Shown: one piece after another, positions 30,764 through 40,611 of the stretch
Layout: each line of letters opens with the position of its first letter
Numbering within the stretch: position 1 is the first letter of the stretch
NCBI GenBank assembly: GCA_050633245.1
Contig: JBOEGD010000012.1
Span: 96,001-160,000 of the forward strand
Length of the DNA: 64,000 bases
Direction of reading: 5' to 3'
From: Calditrichia bacterium
GTDB taxonomy: Bacteria > Calditrichota > Calditrichia > RBG-13-44-9 > J075
Program-made: the position numbers and the translations under genes
Notes under the pieces: model-generated
Told to the model about the DNA's origin: nothing
Databases searched by the model: none
What the model saw: only the letters and a program-made list of their open reading frames with translations

Positions 30764-31936
30764 TTAGACCGGTGCGACTTCTTCTTCGATCGCATATTTG
30801 CGAATCACATCGCGGGCAATAACCATGCGCAGGATTTCCGAGGTGCCTTCGCCAATCGTTCCCAGCTTGGCATCACGATAAAACTTCTCGATCGGATATT
30901 CCTTCATATAGCCATAACCACCGTGAATTTGCAGTGCTTCGTCAACAACGCGTAGCGCCATCTCACTGGCAAATAGCTTCGCCATCCCGGATTCCAGATT
31001 GACAACCTTTCCGGTGTCTTTCATCGAAGCAGCACGCATAACCAAAAGACGAGCAGCATCAATTTCGGTAGCCATATCAGCCAACTTAATTTTGATTGCC
31101 TGATAGTTATGGATCTTGCGTCCAAAAGCAGCGCGCTCCTGTGCGTAGCGCACAGCCTGATCAAATGCACCACGGGCAATTCCCACACACATTGATGCAA
31201 TACTTATTCGTCCGCCGTCTAAAATACCCAGTGAGTTAAAGTATCCCTGGCCTTCTGCGCCAAGCAGATTTCGATCCGGCACAAAGCAGTCTTCGAAAAA
31301 CAGTTCCGCGGTATCACTCGAACGCATGCCGAGTTTATTCATCGGCTTGCCTACGCGATAGCCTTCCATGCCTTTTTCCAGGATAAATGCAGAAATCCCT
31401 GCTTTACCGGCATCGGGGTTCGTTCTGGCCATTACGACACAGTAGTCCGCATAATTCGGATTGGTGATAAATGTTTTCGAGCCATTTAATATCCAACCAT
31501 CGTCAACTTTACGAGCGGTGGTTTTCAATCCAAATGCATCACTTCCGCCGGCAGGTTCAGTCAGAGCCCAGGCAGCAAGCGACTTTCCGGTTGTTAAATG
31601 CGGCACGCAGCGCTGACGCTGTTCTTCATTTCCAAATTTAAATATGTGATTCGTTCCCAACGAGTTGTGGGCAGCAACGGTCAAACCAATGGAGGGATCG
31701 GCAGCAGAGATTTCTTCCACTATCAGCGAATATTCGATATAACCCATTCCGGCACCACTATATTCTTCGGGATAAATAATCCCCAGAATTCCCAACTCGC
31801 CCATGCGGGCTATCAGATGCTGTGGAAATTCCTTTTTCTCATCATACTCAAGCATATTGGGAGTAATTTCCTGTTCAGCAAACTCGCGAACCATTTCGCG
31901 GATCGAAAGTTGTTCTTCTGAATACTCAAAATTCAT
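30764..31936 (-). CDS. Acyl-CoA dehydrogenase
   Basis: ALTEPAGGSD, LNGSKTFITN, KLGMRSSDT, QIHGGYGY, IGEGTSEI. Confidence 0.95.
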   Translation of the reverse strand: MNFEYSEEQLSIREMVREFAEQEITPNMLEYDEKKEFPQHLIARMGELGILGIIYPEEYSGAGMGYIEYSLIVEEISAADPSIGLTVAAHNSLGTNHIFKFGNEEQRQRCVPHLTTGKSLAAWALTEPAGGSDAFGLKTTARKVDDGWILNGSKTFITNPNYADYCVVMARTNPDAGKAGISAFILEKGMEGYRVGKPMNKLGMRSSDTAELFFEDCFVPDRNLLGAEGQGYFNSLGILDGGRISIASMCVGIARGAFDQAVRYAQERAAFGRKIHNYQAIKIKLADMATEIDAARLLVMRAASMKDTGKVVNLESGMAKLFASEMALRVVDEALQIHGGYGYMKEYPIEKFYRDAKLGTIGEGTSEILRMVIARDVIRKYAIEEEVAPV

Positions 31937-32195
31937 GATTTTTTCCTTATTTTATAAAGACATTTAATTGCACGTCTCCCACATACACTGCTGTCCCCGA
32001 ACAGCATTCCGACCAGTCCCAATTAAGCAGGCGGGATAGGCCAATTTCACTATGAAATAAGTGAAACTTTCGATATATTAGCAACCTGTTTAAAAAACAG
32101 TTTACCTGATAAATACCGGTATTTTTGATACAGTATACCATACATTGTCGGCATTTTCGATTACTTCCATATGCAATTATCTCAAGGAGCTTTTC

Positions 32196-34724
32196 ATGGC
32201 AAAGGCCGGAAAAAAGAGCAAAAAAAATACACCTGCTAAACCTGCAAAGAAGAGTCAAAACAACTCCGCACTGGCAGAAATTATCGAGCAACCCAAAGTT
32301 TTATTAGCGCTGACAGGGCTGTTGTTTTTATTCCTGATTTTTATGTATAAGCCCGTTGTCTTTGACGGACTTGATGGCAATGGTGGGGATGTTCTTTCAA
32401 ATATCGGTAATACCAAGCAGTTGAAGCAGATTGAAACAGAGACCGGTGTAAAGCCTTTGTGGAATCCGTTTATGTTTGCAGGAACGCCGGTTTACCATCG
32501 CCACAATGCGATATCCTATTCAGTTGACTCGCTGATCTGGCAGCTGGATTCGCTGATTAACTGGCGCATCTGGTATTTGATGCTGGCTGCTGTCGGCATG
32601 TTTTTACTGACGCGCTACCTCGGTTTATCGCCTTTAGCCAGCATTGCCGTCTCGCTCGGCTTTCTTCTGCTCCCGCATTTTCACGCGCTGCTGGTGGTCG
32701 GACACTATGCAAAATTCAGAGCAATCGCCTGGATGCCATTTGTTATGCTTACTTTTATGATGCTCCTTAAACGGCGTGATATCTTATCGGCTCTCTTGTT
32801 CACAGCCGCATTCGCTCTACAGCTTCGCACGCAGCATTATCAGATAGTCTTCTACACCATTTTGCTGTTAACATTTGTGGGGCTGCCTCCTTATATCGCA
32901 ATGATTAAGGAAAAGAAATGGCCGGAGTTTATCCGCACGAATGGACTCTTTCTCGCATCAATGCTGCTGGTGGTGCTAATCGTGGTACAGCCGCTTTTCA
33001 TAACGCGGGACTATGCCCCATATTCTACTCGTGGCGGTAATTCGGTTAGCCTGAACAGCAATGAGACTGAAGCAGATAAAAAGGGTGTAGGCCTCGACTA
33101 TGCAACAAGATGGTCATATTCACTTTCAGAGTTTTGGAATATCATTATTCCACGTTTCCACGGCGGCGTATCCAGTGAAGTTTATACCGGCGATGCGGTT
33201 CCACAGTTTAAGAATCAGGTGATACCATCCTATTGGGGAGACATGCCTTTCACGCAGTCTCTGGAATACATGGGAGTGATTCTGGTTTTTCTTGCATTAA
33301 TTGGCGTGCTGTTTCGCTGGCGGGAAACGACCGTAAAGAGCCTCGTTTTCCTAACGATACTTGCTTTGCTCATGTCACTTGGAAAGCATTTTGAGCCTTT
33401 CTATAAGCTGTTCTTTGACTATGTGCCGTTTTTTGACCAGTTTCGCGTTCCCATGATGATTTTAACACTCGTGAACGTCACGTTGGCAATACTCGCGGCA
33501 TATGGTTTGGATGCGCTGCTGCGAACAGATCTTTCCGATAAGAATGCACAAAAGTCTCTCTATCTTCTGACGGGATCATTTTTGGCGATTCTCATTCTAC
33601 CGCTATTAATCGGATCGTCTCTAACGCTATCGCAAACTGGAGAAGTGCAGCGCTATGCCGGGCAATACGGACAGCAAGCGCAGGATGTTGTGAATCTTCT
33701 ACGAAAAGCCAGGCTCGATATTTTACAGACATCAACCATGCGCACCATACTCTTCTTTCTATTGGGAGCGGGTCTCATACTGAGCGCTATGCGGGGTTGG
33801 ATAAAAAAGGAGATTGCTGTATTAGGAATTATTCTGGCAATCGGATTGGATATGGGGCTGATCTCGACAGACTATTTACAGGGTAGGTTCAGCGATCCAA
33901 TACAAGAAGAAACACGAACCTACGGTGAGAATAACCTGGACAGAATGGTAAAGCAGGACAAGTCGCTCTATCGGGTTTTGCCGCCACTCAGACTATTACC
34001 CAGTAATTCACGCTACACCTATCACTTCCAAAATATCGGTGGTTATTCTGCTGCTAAGCTGCAAACCATTATGGACTTAATTGAAAACAACATTGCTCGT
34101 CCTTCAGCAAAAGGCCTCGCGTTTAACCTTCCGGTGGTGAGCATGTTGAATGGCAAATACATCTTCGCTAATCAGGAATTAAGTCACCCGGCGATGAACC
34201 TTATGGGCAAGCTGGAATCGCAGCGATTATTTCTCTATCGCAATGAAGCCGTTTTGCCACGCACCTTCTTTGTCTCAAATTTTAAGGTGCTGTCAGATGG
34301 CGTTGAGCGGCTGACTTATATGAATCGCTCAGACTTCAATCCTTCGGTTCTTGCCCTTCTGGAAAAGGAGCCAAGTTCAAGTGTAAATGCACCGGATAGT
34401 TCGGCAAGCGCAGAAGTAACGCTTTTCGAGCCAGACAAAATTGTTATTGAGACCTCTAATTCTCAGACATCGCTTCTGGTATTATCAGAAGTCTATTATC
34501 CTAAGGGCTGGAGTGCAACTCTTGAGGATGGCAGCGAGGTTGAGATTCTTAAGACGAATCATATACTACGCTCTATGGTTATTCCTGGCGGCAAACATAC
34601 AGTCACCATGGAATTTAGACCATCGATCTATGTTGACGGTGTTAATGCTTCCTACGCGGGCTGGTTAATCGTTTTAGTGGGGTTAGCGTTTTTCGGATTT
34701 CAAAGATATAAAGAAGGCGATTAG
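32196..34724 (+). CDS. YfhO-family multi-pass membrane protein (GT-C-like glycosyltransferase)
   Basis: PLWNPFMFAGTP, HYQIVFY, YSTRG, YWGDMPFT, FRVP, GGYSAAKL, LSEVYYPKGW; ATG 32196 after AAGGAG. Confidence 0.88.
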   Translation: MAKAGKKSKKNTPAKPAKKSQNNSALAEIIEQPKVLLALTGLLFLFLIFMYKPVVFDGLDGNGGDVLSNIGNTKQLKQIETETGVKPLWNPFMFAGTPVYHRHNAISYSVDSLIWQLDSLINWRIWYLMLAAVGMFLLTRYLGLSPLASIAVSLGFLLLPHFHALLVVGHYAKFRAIAWMPFVMLTFMMLLKRRDILSALLFTAAFALQLRTQHYQIVFYTILLLTFVGLPPYIAMIKEKKWPEFIRTNGLFLASMLLVVLIVVQPLFITRDYAPYSTRGGNSVSLNSNETEADKKGVGLDYATRWSYSLSEFWNIIIPRFHGGVSSEVYTGDAVPQFKNQVIPSYWGDMPFTQSLEYMGVILVFLALIGVLFRWRETTVKSLVFLTILALLMSLGKHFEPFYKLFFDYVPFFDQFRVPMMILTLVNVTLAILAAYGLDALLRTDLSDKNAQKSLYLLTGSFLAILILPLLIGSSLTLSQTGEVQRYAGQYGQQAQDVVNLLRKARLDILQTSTMRTILFFLLGAGLILSAMRGWIKKEIAVLGIILAIGLDMGLISTDYLQGRFSDPIQEETRTYGENNLDRMVKQDKSLYRVLPPLRLLPSNSRYTYHFQNIGGYSAAKLQTIMDLIENNIARPSAKGLAFNLPVVSMLNGKYIFANQELSHPAMNLMGKLESQRLFLYRNEAVLPRTFFVSNFKVLSDGVERLTYMNRSDFNPSVLALLEKEPSSSVNAPDSSASAEVTLFEPDKIVIETSNSQTSLLVLSEVYYPKGWSATLEDGSEVEILKTNHILRSMVIPGGKHTVTMEFRPSIYVDGVNASYAGWLIVLVGLAFFGFQRYKEGD

Positions 34725-34729
34725 GTCAA

Positions 34730-34767
34730 TAATGGTCGAGCCGCAATGATTTGCGGCTCGACCATTA
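34730..34767. terminator. Bidirectional terminator
   Basis: TAATGGTCGAGCCGCAA-TGAT-TTGCGGCTCGACCATTA, 17-bp stem between convergent genes. Confidence 0.8.
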
Positions 34768-34793
34768 AAATACGACCCTACTGGAATTGCCTT

Positions 34794-35204
34794 TCAATAT
34801 ACCTTTATCACATCAACGTCATCCAATAGCAATAGCGGAATATCCTCCAGGCTGACCGAAACATATACCTTACTATCCTTCCACGCTTTGGTGAACGTAA
34901 TTTTTTCTGCACCAATTGTCGCAAGCTTTTCTTTACCGGACAGCAATTCAATCTGAACCATACGAATCGGCACCCGCGCACTTTCGACTACGGTAAATTC
35001 TAAATGATAGGCAAGCGTCTGCTTCTTTAGACCTTTGTCTTCACTGCCACGCAGAGTAATAAACTGCTTTGCTACATTTAGCGTCCGTTGCTTGTATTGA
35101 AAGGTAAATTCACTGTCTACCTTTTGCAACTTGGTAGAGAATTCTCCTGCAAAAGTTGCTCCGGCAAATAATGCCAGAGCAACCCCGATAAATATACTTC
35201 TCAT
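34794..35204 (-). CDS. Hypothetical exported protein
   Basis: GGGGAGG RBS; signal peptide ending ATFA; no recognised family. Confidence 0.7.
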   Translation of the reverse strand: MRSIFIGVALALFAGATFAGEFSTKLQKVDSEFTFQYKQRTLNVAKQFITLRGSEDKGLKKQTLAYHLEFTVVESARVPIRMVQIELLSGKEKLATIGAEKITFTKAWKDSKVYVSVSLEDIPLLLLDDVDVIKVY

Positions 35205-35233
35205 AATCCTCCCCCTATTCCAATTACTCTATC

Positions 35234-36010
35234 TTAATCTCTTTTATGTTTGGTCTGCTCGAAAATCATGCTTACAACGGCACCTTCTATCGGGAAAACG
35301 AGTTCAATGAAACGAGCTTCTTTGTCTATGGGAAAGAGCACGTGTCCGTCCATCGCATTGTAGGGTTTCAACGATGTCTTACGAACTGTTTCATTTGTCC
35401 ACATGTCTCTGCTATAGCTGAGTCGTTCGAGTTTATTCACATATGCGCCATCCGGCTCCGAGTCGACTACAATGACCACATCATCGTCATCGTGATGACT
35501 ATGATGGTCACAATCATCGTGATGGTCATGGTCATCATCAGTCACAATATCGTGCACTGTTTTTAGCACGCTGGCTACGACCAGAGTAGTTCCGATTACG
35601 TTAGCCGTTTTTTCCATGGCTATCGCAGCTTCTTCAACATGACCGATTTCCATAAGGCGTTCTTCAGGATCAATTGCTGCTGTGCTTCGCAGACTCGTCT
35701 CATCGACAGGCGAGCTTAATACGCGATAGTAGAAGCGATCCGGTGTTACCAAAATCTCATCAGAAGTATAGTTTATGATCTCAACATCAAACATCATTTC
35801 ATCTGCGGTATAATCCACAAATCCGGCTCGCACTTCTACGCTATCGGATGAAGACGTTACGTAGGCCGTTCCATAGACCCAGGTTCGCTCCTCACTAATT
35901 GGTGCCATACGTAAAATTGGTTGCGCTGAACAGCCAACCAGTAATAAGCCAAACATCGAAATAAGCACTATTCGTTTCACATCAATACCCATTAACATTT
36001 TTTGCTCCAC
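35234..36010 (-). CDS. Hypothetical lipoprotein with His/Asp-rich segment
   Basis: Lipobox LLVGC; DDDHDHHDDCDHHSHHDDDD tract; exact start uncertain. Confidence 0.75.
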   Translation of the reverse strand: MEQKMLMGIDVKRIVLISMFGLLLVGCSAQPILRMAPISEERTWVYGTAYVTSSSDSVEVRAGFVDYTADEMMFDVEIINYTSDEILVTPDRFYYRVLSSPVDETSLRSTAAIDPEERLMEIGHVEEAAIAMEKTANVIGTTLVVASVLKTVHDIVTDDDHDHHDDCDHHSHHDDDDVVIVVDSEPDGAYVNKLERLSYSRDMWTNETVRKTSLKPYNAMDGHVLFPIDKEARFIELVFPIEGAVVSMIFEQTKHKRD

Positions 36011-36063
36011 ACGTTGTTTTTATCAAAAAATACGATTTGTCAATCACTCTCTGCTTAACCTTT

Positions 36064-36080
36064 AGCAGATGTCTTGCCAA
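36064..36080 (-). promoter_or_regulatory. Sigma54 promoter candidate
   Basis: TTGGCAAGACATCTGCT: GG-N10-GC spacing, about 55 nt upstream of the lipoprotein gene. Confidence 0.5.
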
Positions 36081-36162
36081 AAAAGAGCCCTGCTTCGAAA
36101 ATTCAACACAGAAATTTGTTTTTATTTGACTTAGGGGAAATTCAGAACACGTATGGTGGCAG

Positions 36163-36191
36163 GACAACTGTTAACTTCGTTAACAGTTGTC
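36163..36191 (-). terminator. Hairpin downstream of csaA
   Basis: GACAACTGTTAAC-TTC-GTTAACAGTTGTC. Confidence 0.6.
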
Positions 36192-36226
36192 TCATTAATT
36201 TTGTTAGCAGTGCATATGGAGTTGCG

Positions 36227-36571
36227 TTATGCGAGACGTAAACCGTTGTCTACAGCTTTGTCTGGAACAGCAAGAATAACGCTGCCGTCAGATTGAATCA
36301 GGCCGGTTACCAGACATTCGGACATGAATGGGCCTATTTGTTTTGGTGGGAAGTTGACTACTGCCAGAATTTGCTTGCCGATTAATTCATCCAGCTGATA
36401 GTGCTCGGTAATCTGGGCGCTGGATTTTTTGATGCCCAGTTCACCAAAGTCGATCCATAGTTTGTATGCCGGGCGGCGTGCTTCCGGAAATGGCTGTGCA
36501 TCTATTATCGTTCCACTCCGCAATTCGACGTTTTCAAATTCCTGCCAGGTTAGCTTCGCTTGGTCAGCCAT
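36227..36571 (-). CDS. csaA: CsaA-like tRNA-binding / export chaperone protein
   Basis: F..VELR.GTI, FPEARRPAYKL.IDFG.LG.KKSSAQIT..Y, VVNFPPKQIG.FMSECL. Confidence 0.92.
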   Translation of the reverse strand: MADQAKLTWQEFENVELRSGTIIDAQPFPEARRPAYKLWIDFGELGIKKSSAQITEHYQLDELIGKQILAVVNFPPKQIGPFMSECLVTGLIQSDGSVILAVPDKAVDNGLRLA

Positions 36572-36741
36572 CGTTACCTCCAGGTTCTGAGTATTTCACT
36601 TTAATGATTCGATTGCATGCTCTATACTTAATAAAGCCATTATAAAATTCAAAGCCAGGCTTTTATCGTCTTCGGGCAGCATTAATTCACGCGTAGCAGT
36701 TTGAGCTTAGAGTGATTTGGCACGGCTTGAGTGTGGATTAA

Positions 36742-36770
36742 TTTGGAGCAGTTTTGAAAACTGCTCCAAA
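36742..36770. repeat. Near-perfect palindrome in a divergent intergenic region
   Basis: TTTGGAGCAGTTTT-G-AAAACTGCTCCAAA. Confidence 0.6.
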
Positions 36771-36943
36771 GGAGATAGAAATAGTTTCCAAAATTTGGCT
36801 CTTTTTTTCTAATATAGTACACACTTTCTAGCTCACAACACTGCTCCATTCTGACAATGCTCCAGTCTTATAGGAAAAAATCGGTAACTTGCTCAAAATT
36901 GAACCCATTTTCAAATCTTCATCAATGCTATAGGAAAGTAATC

Positions 36944-38963
36944 ATGCGCTTTGCAAAATTTTATCTAATACTTGCTCTTCTGTCCGCTTTCACGCTGGGT
37001 ATGTTCGGTCAGGCCCACAACGCTGCCATTGCAACTTACACCATCAACTGTAGCTATAACCCCGAGACGCGAATAATTGACGGCGAAATGCAGATATGGT
37101 GGTCAAAACCGCTTGAGCCAAAGGCTGAGGAGTTACAGTTTCACCTCTACCTAAACGCTTTCTCTGGGCCGAATTCAACATTTATGAAAGAATACGGAGA
37201 GTTTCCAACAAGCGTTGCCCAAAAATCAGGATATTGCAAGATTCAAAAGATTGAAATCTATAATATTGACGTTACCGAGTCGATGAAGTTCATCCAGCCG
37301 AATGATGGCAATGAGCATGACAGCACAGTAATTGCAATCCCGATTCCCGAACCGCAAGACATAACGTTCAATGAGAATCCTAATACACCTACTCTGCTAC
37401 TCTCAGCCGAAAGACAAAAATCAACACCACAGCTCTCCATAAAAATTAAATTCCAGTCTAAACTACCTGCATTGCTCGAGCGTGTAGGCGTGTATGAAGG
37501 CTTTATTATGGCGGCGCAATGGTTTCCTCAGTTGGGTGTATTAGAAGAGGAGGGCTGGAAATGTCATCAGTTTCACGCTAACTCCGAGTTTTATGCAAAC
37601 TTCGGCACTTATGACGTGTCGCTTACGCTACCTGCCAATTATGTGGTCGGGGCGACAGGTGAGATGCTGGAACGCAAGATGTTACCCGGGTCGCTACAAA
37701 AACTGCGTTTTAAAGCCCGCCGTGTGCACGATTTTGCATGGTGTGCTGATGCTACAATGAGTGAAGTTTGGGTAGCAGCCTCTGGACCACATGTATTTTG
37801 TGGTAACTCAATAATACAAAAAGAACAGAGTCAATCAGAGCGCCTTCAAAGCAATGCGAAGAGTCAGATACAGTCCGAGCCTCGTATCAGGCTTCTCTAT
37901 CAGCCTGAACATGAGGGCCTTATTTCAGAGCGAATTTTAACCGCAGTTAAAGCAGGTTTGAATTATTATGAATCTCGCTACGGCAAATATCCCTATTTCA
38001 CAAATAACTGTAATAGACGCCCCGGTTTTCAACGCCGTTATGGAGTATCCTACTCTTTTCCTAACCGGGAATTTCGACGGCTATAAAAATCCACCGGCAC
38101 CGAAAGAGCCTTATCCAGACAATAATTTATTCCTGGAGAGATTGACGCTACATGAACTCGGACATCAGTGGTTCTACGGTGTCTGCGCTAATAATGAAGC
38201 AGAGGAAGCCTGGCTGGATGAAGGTTTAACGGAATATATCACCGCAAAAGCATTTGAGAGCCGTTATGGCAAAATCATGCAGCTCGACGAAAATGGTAAG
38301 CCGTTACACGTGCGAGATTTTCGCAAGGATCGCTATCTGGCAAATCCCAACGTATTGCCATCAACATCAAAGTCGTGGGAGTTTCCAACCTTCGGCGATT
38401 ACTACATCGCCAGTTATGTGAAACCAAAGCTGCTCTTTTATACGCTGGACAATATCCTCGGTGAAGCCAAAATGCAGAGCATTATAAAAACCTTTTATCA
38501 ACGCTTTTCCTTCCAGCATCCAAAAGCTGAAGACTTTTTTACAGTCGTTGAAGAAGTTGCCGGCAAGAATGTTCGCGAGCAGGTGGTCCATTTTCTATCC
38601 ACCCAAGAAGTGTATGATGTCGGAGTGCGCACAACGAAGACACGTGCAGAAGTATTTGGAAATATGCCGCCCTTTTTTGCCGTTGAACAGATGATGCGGC
38701 TTCCAGAATATCATAGTTGGATGCTAATGAATGATCTGACTCTAAAAAAATATCATCCGATGAAAAGCAAGCGGGTCGTGAACATTGAAAAAGGGAATAC
38801 TTTTAATCCCAAGTTCAAGCAGGAAAAGCCTTCTAACGAATCACAAAAGCCTGTTACAAAATCGACTTTGACCTACTTCATTTCTCTCGATCCCGACAGC
38901 CTGATAGAATTCGACGTTAATCGCGCGAACAACTACTTGCAAATCGAACCAGAGGAAAACTAA
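36944..38963 (+). pseudogene. M1 family aminopeptidase split by a frameshift (pseudogene or sequence error)
   Basis: Signal peptide, FHLYLNAF, QWFPQ, HDFAW in ORF 1; MEYP, HELGHQWF, WLDEG in ORF 2; removing one T at 37996-37998 gives KYPYSQITV. Confidence 0.85.
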
Positions 38964-38966
38964 TAG

Positions 38967-39074
38967 ACAGAACGCAAAACAGATAGCGGACAACCAGCCA
39001 CCTCCGGCATATATTTTTATCGCCTTGAAAGTCCCGAAGGAATGCAGTATCGTAAAATAATACTCATGAAATAA
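38967..39074 (+). pseudogene. Relic 3' end of a T9SS type A sorting domain
   Basis: Reads TERKTDSGQPATSGIYFYRLESPEGMQYRKIILMK*, comparable to the B1/B2 C-termini; no start codon. Confidence 0.7.
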
Positions 39075-39087
39075 ATTCGGGACTTCC

Positions 39088-40611
39088 ATGAAAGCTCTCC
39101 TTCCTTTATGTGCAGCTCTGCTACTATTGCAGAGTTGCGCAAATGCTCCTCAACCAATTTCCGCAGACATCTGGATTAAAAATGCCATTCTCGTTGATGG
39201 CAGCGGTACAGCCCCCCAGTCCAATCAGCAGCTATTGATTCGTGACGGCAAGATTGTAGCCGTCGGAAAAACGGTAAATGCACTGGCAACTCGCGTTATT
39301 GATGCCAAAGGACGCGTTGTTGCACCGGGAATAATCGATCCGCATGCACATGGAAATCCGCTTGGAAAAGCCAGCTTCGAGAACTTTATCGCTATGGGTG
39401 TGACGACAATTGTACTCGGTCTGGACGGTTCGAGCACAATGACAAAAGATCTTGGTGCATGGATGGACAACGTTCAGGAAAAACAGCCTCATTTAAATAT
39501 TGCAACCTTCGTCGGACACGGTACCATTCGCCGCATGGCAAATGTTGTCGATACCTCGCACGCAGCTGTGGCACAGATTGATACGATGAAGGAATATTTA
39601 TCAGAGGCATTTGCCGCTGGTGCGTTTGGCATGAGTACCGGCCTGGAATACGTGCCGGGCATCTACGCCTCCGAGGAAGAGCTGATTGAACTGGCTAAAG
39701 TGGTTGGTGCGAACGACGCGCTCATTATGAGCCATTTGCGCAGTGAAGATGATGATACAATTGAACCCGCCATTGACGAACTTCTGCGGCAGGGGGAACA
39801 CTGCAAGGTACACGTCTCTCATATGAAGATCGTCTATGGAAAAGGGGAAGCTCGTGCCAACGAAATCCTTGCTAGCCTGGCATCAGCACGCAAAAGCGGC
39901 ATTCGGGTAAGTGCTGATGTGTATCCTTACACAGCGAGCTATACCGGAATCGGCATTGTTTTCCCATCATGGGCAAAAAAGACCGATCAGTTCGAGGAAG
40001 CAGTGAAAAAACGCCCACAGGAGCTACGAGAATACCTCCACAAGCGCGTCATGCAACGCAATGGCCCTTCGGCAACACTATTTGGAACAGGCGACTACAA
40101 GGGAAAAACGCTGGCAGAAGTTGCGAAAGAACAAAATCGCGACTTTGTTGACGTGCTACTCGAACTTGGGCCGCGAGGCGCTTCCGGTGCCTACTTTGTA
40201 ATGGATAAAGAACTTCAGGATGTATTTCTGAACGATCCCGAAATCATGATTTGTACCGATGGATCGCCGGGGATGCGACATCCACGCGGTTATGGTAGTT
40301 ACAGCAAGATTATAGAAGAATATGTTCAGCGCGATAAAACATTGACGCTGGAACAAGCCATTTACAAGCTGACTCATCTTCCAGCCAAAACAATTGGCTT
40401 AACAGATCGCGGACTTATTGCAGTCGGCATGGCTGCAGATCTAATTATTTTCGATCCGGCAAACGTGCGTAGCAAAACCGAATGGAGCGATCCTTATCAG
40501 CTTGCCGAAGGATTTGATATTGTAATTGTGAATGGAAAGGTGGCAAGAGAGAACGGCGAGCTAAGTGAAAGCAAAGCGGGTCGAATGCTTCGTAAGGCTA
40601 CAGGCGGTTGA
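39088..40611 (+). CDS. N-acyl-D-amino-acid deacylase (amidohydrolase) lipoprotein
   Basis: Lipobox LQSC; APGIIDPHAH, GMSTGLEY.PG, SHLRSE, ADVYPY, HPRGYG, G..ADL..FDP. Confidence 0.9.
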   Translation: MKALLPLCAALLLLQSCANAPQPISADIWIKNAILVDGSGTAPQSNQQLLIRDGKIVAVGKTVNALATRVIDAKGRVVAPGIIDPHAHGNPLGKASFENFIAMGVTTIVLGLDGSSTMTKDLGAWMDNVQEKQPHLNIATFVGHGTIRRMANVVDTSHAAVAQIDTMKEYLSEAFAAGAFGMSTGLEYVPGIYASEEELIELAKVVGANDALIMSHLRSEDDDTIEPAIDELLRQGEHCKVHVSHMKIVYGKGEARANEILASLASARKSGIRVSADVYPYTASYTGIGIVFPSWAKKTDQFEEAVKKRPQELREYLHKRVMQRNGPSATLFGTGDYKGKTLAEVAKEQNRDFVDVLLELGPRGASGAYFVMDKELQDVFLNDPEIMICTDGSPGMRHPRGYGSYSKIIEEYVQRDKTLTLEQAIYKLTHLPAKTIGLTDRGLIAVGMAADLIIFDPANVRSKTEWSDPYQLAEGFDIVIVNGKVARENGELSESKAGRMLRKATGG

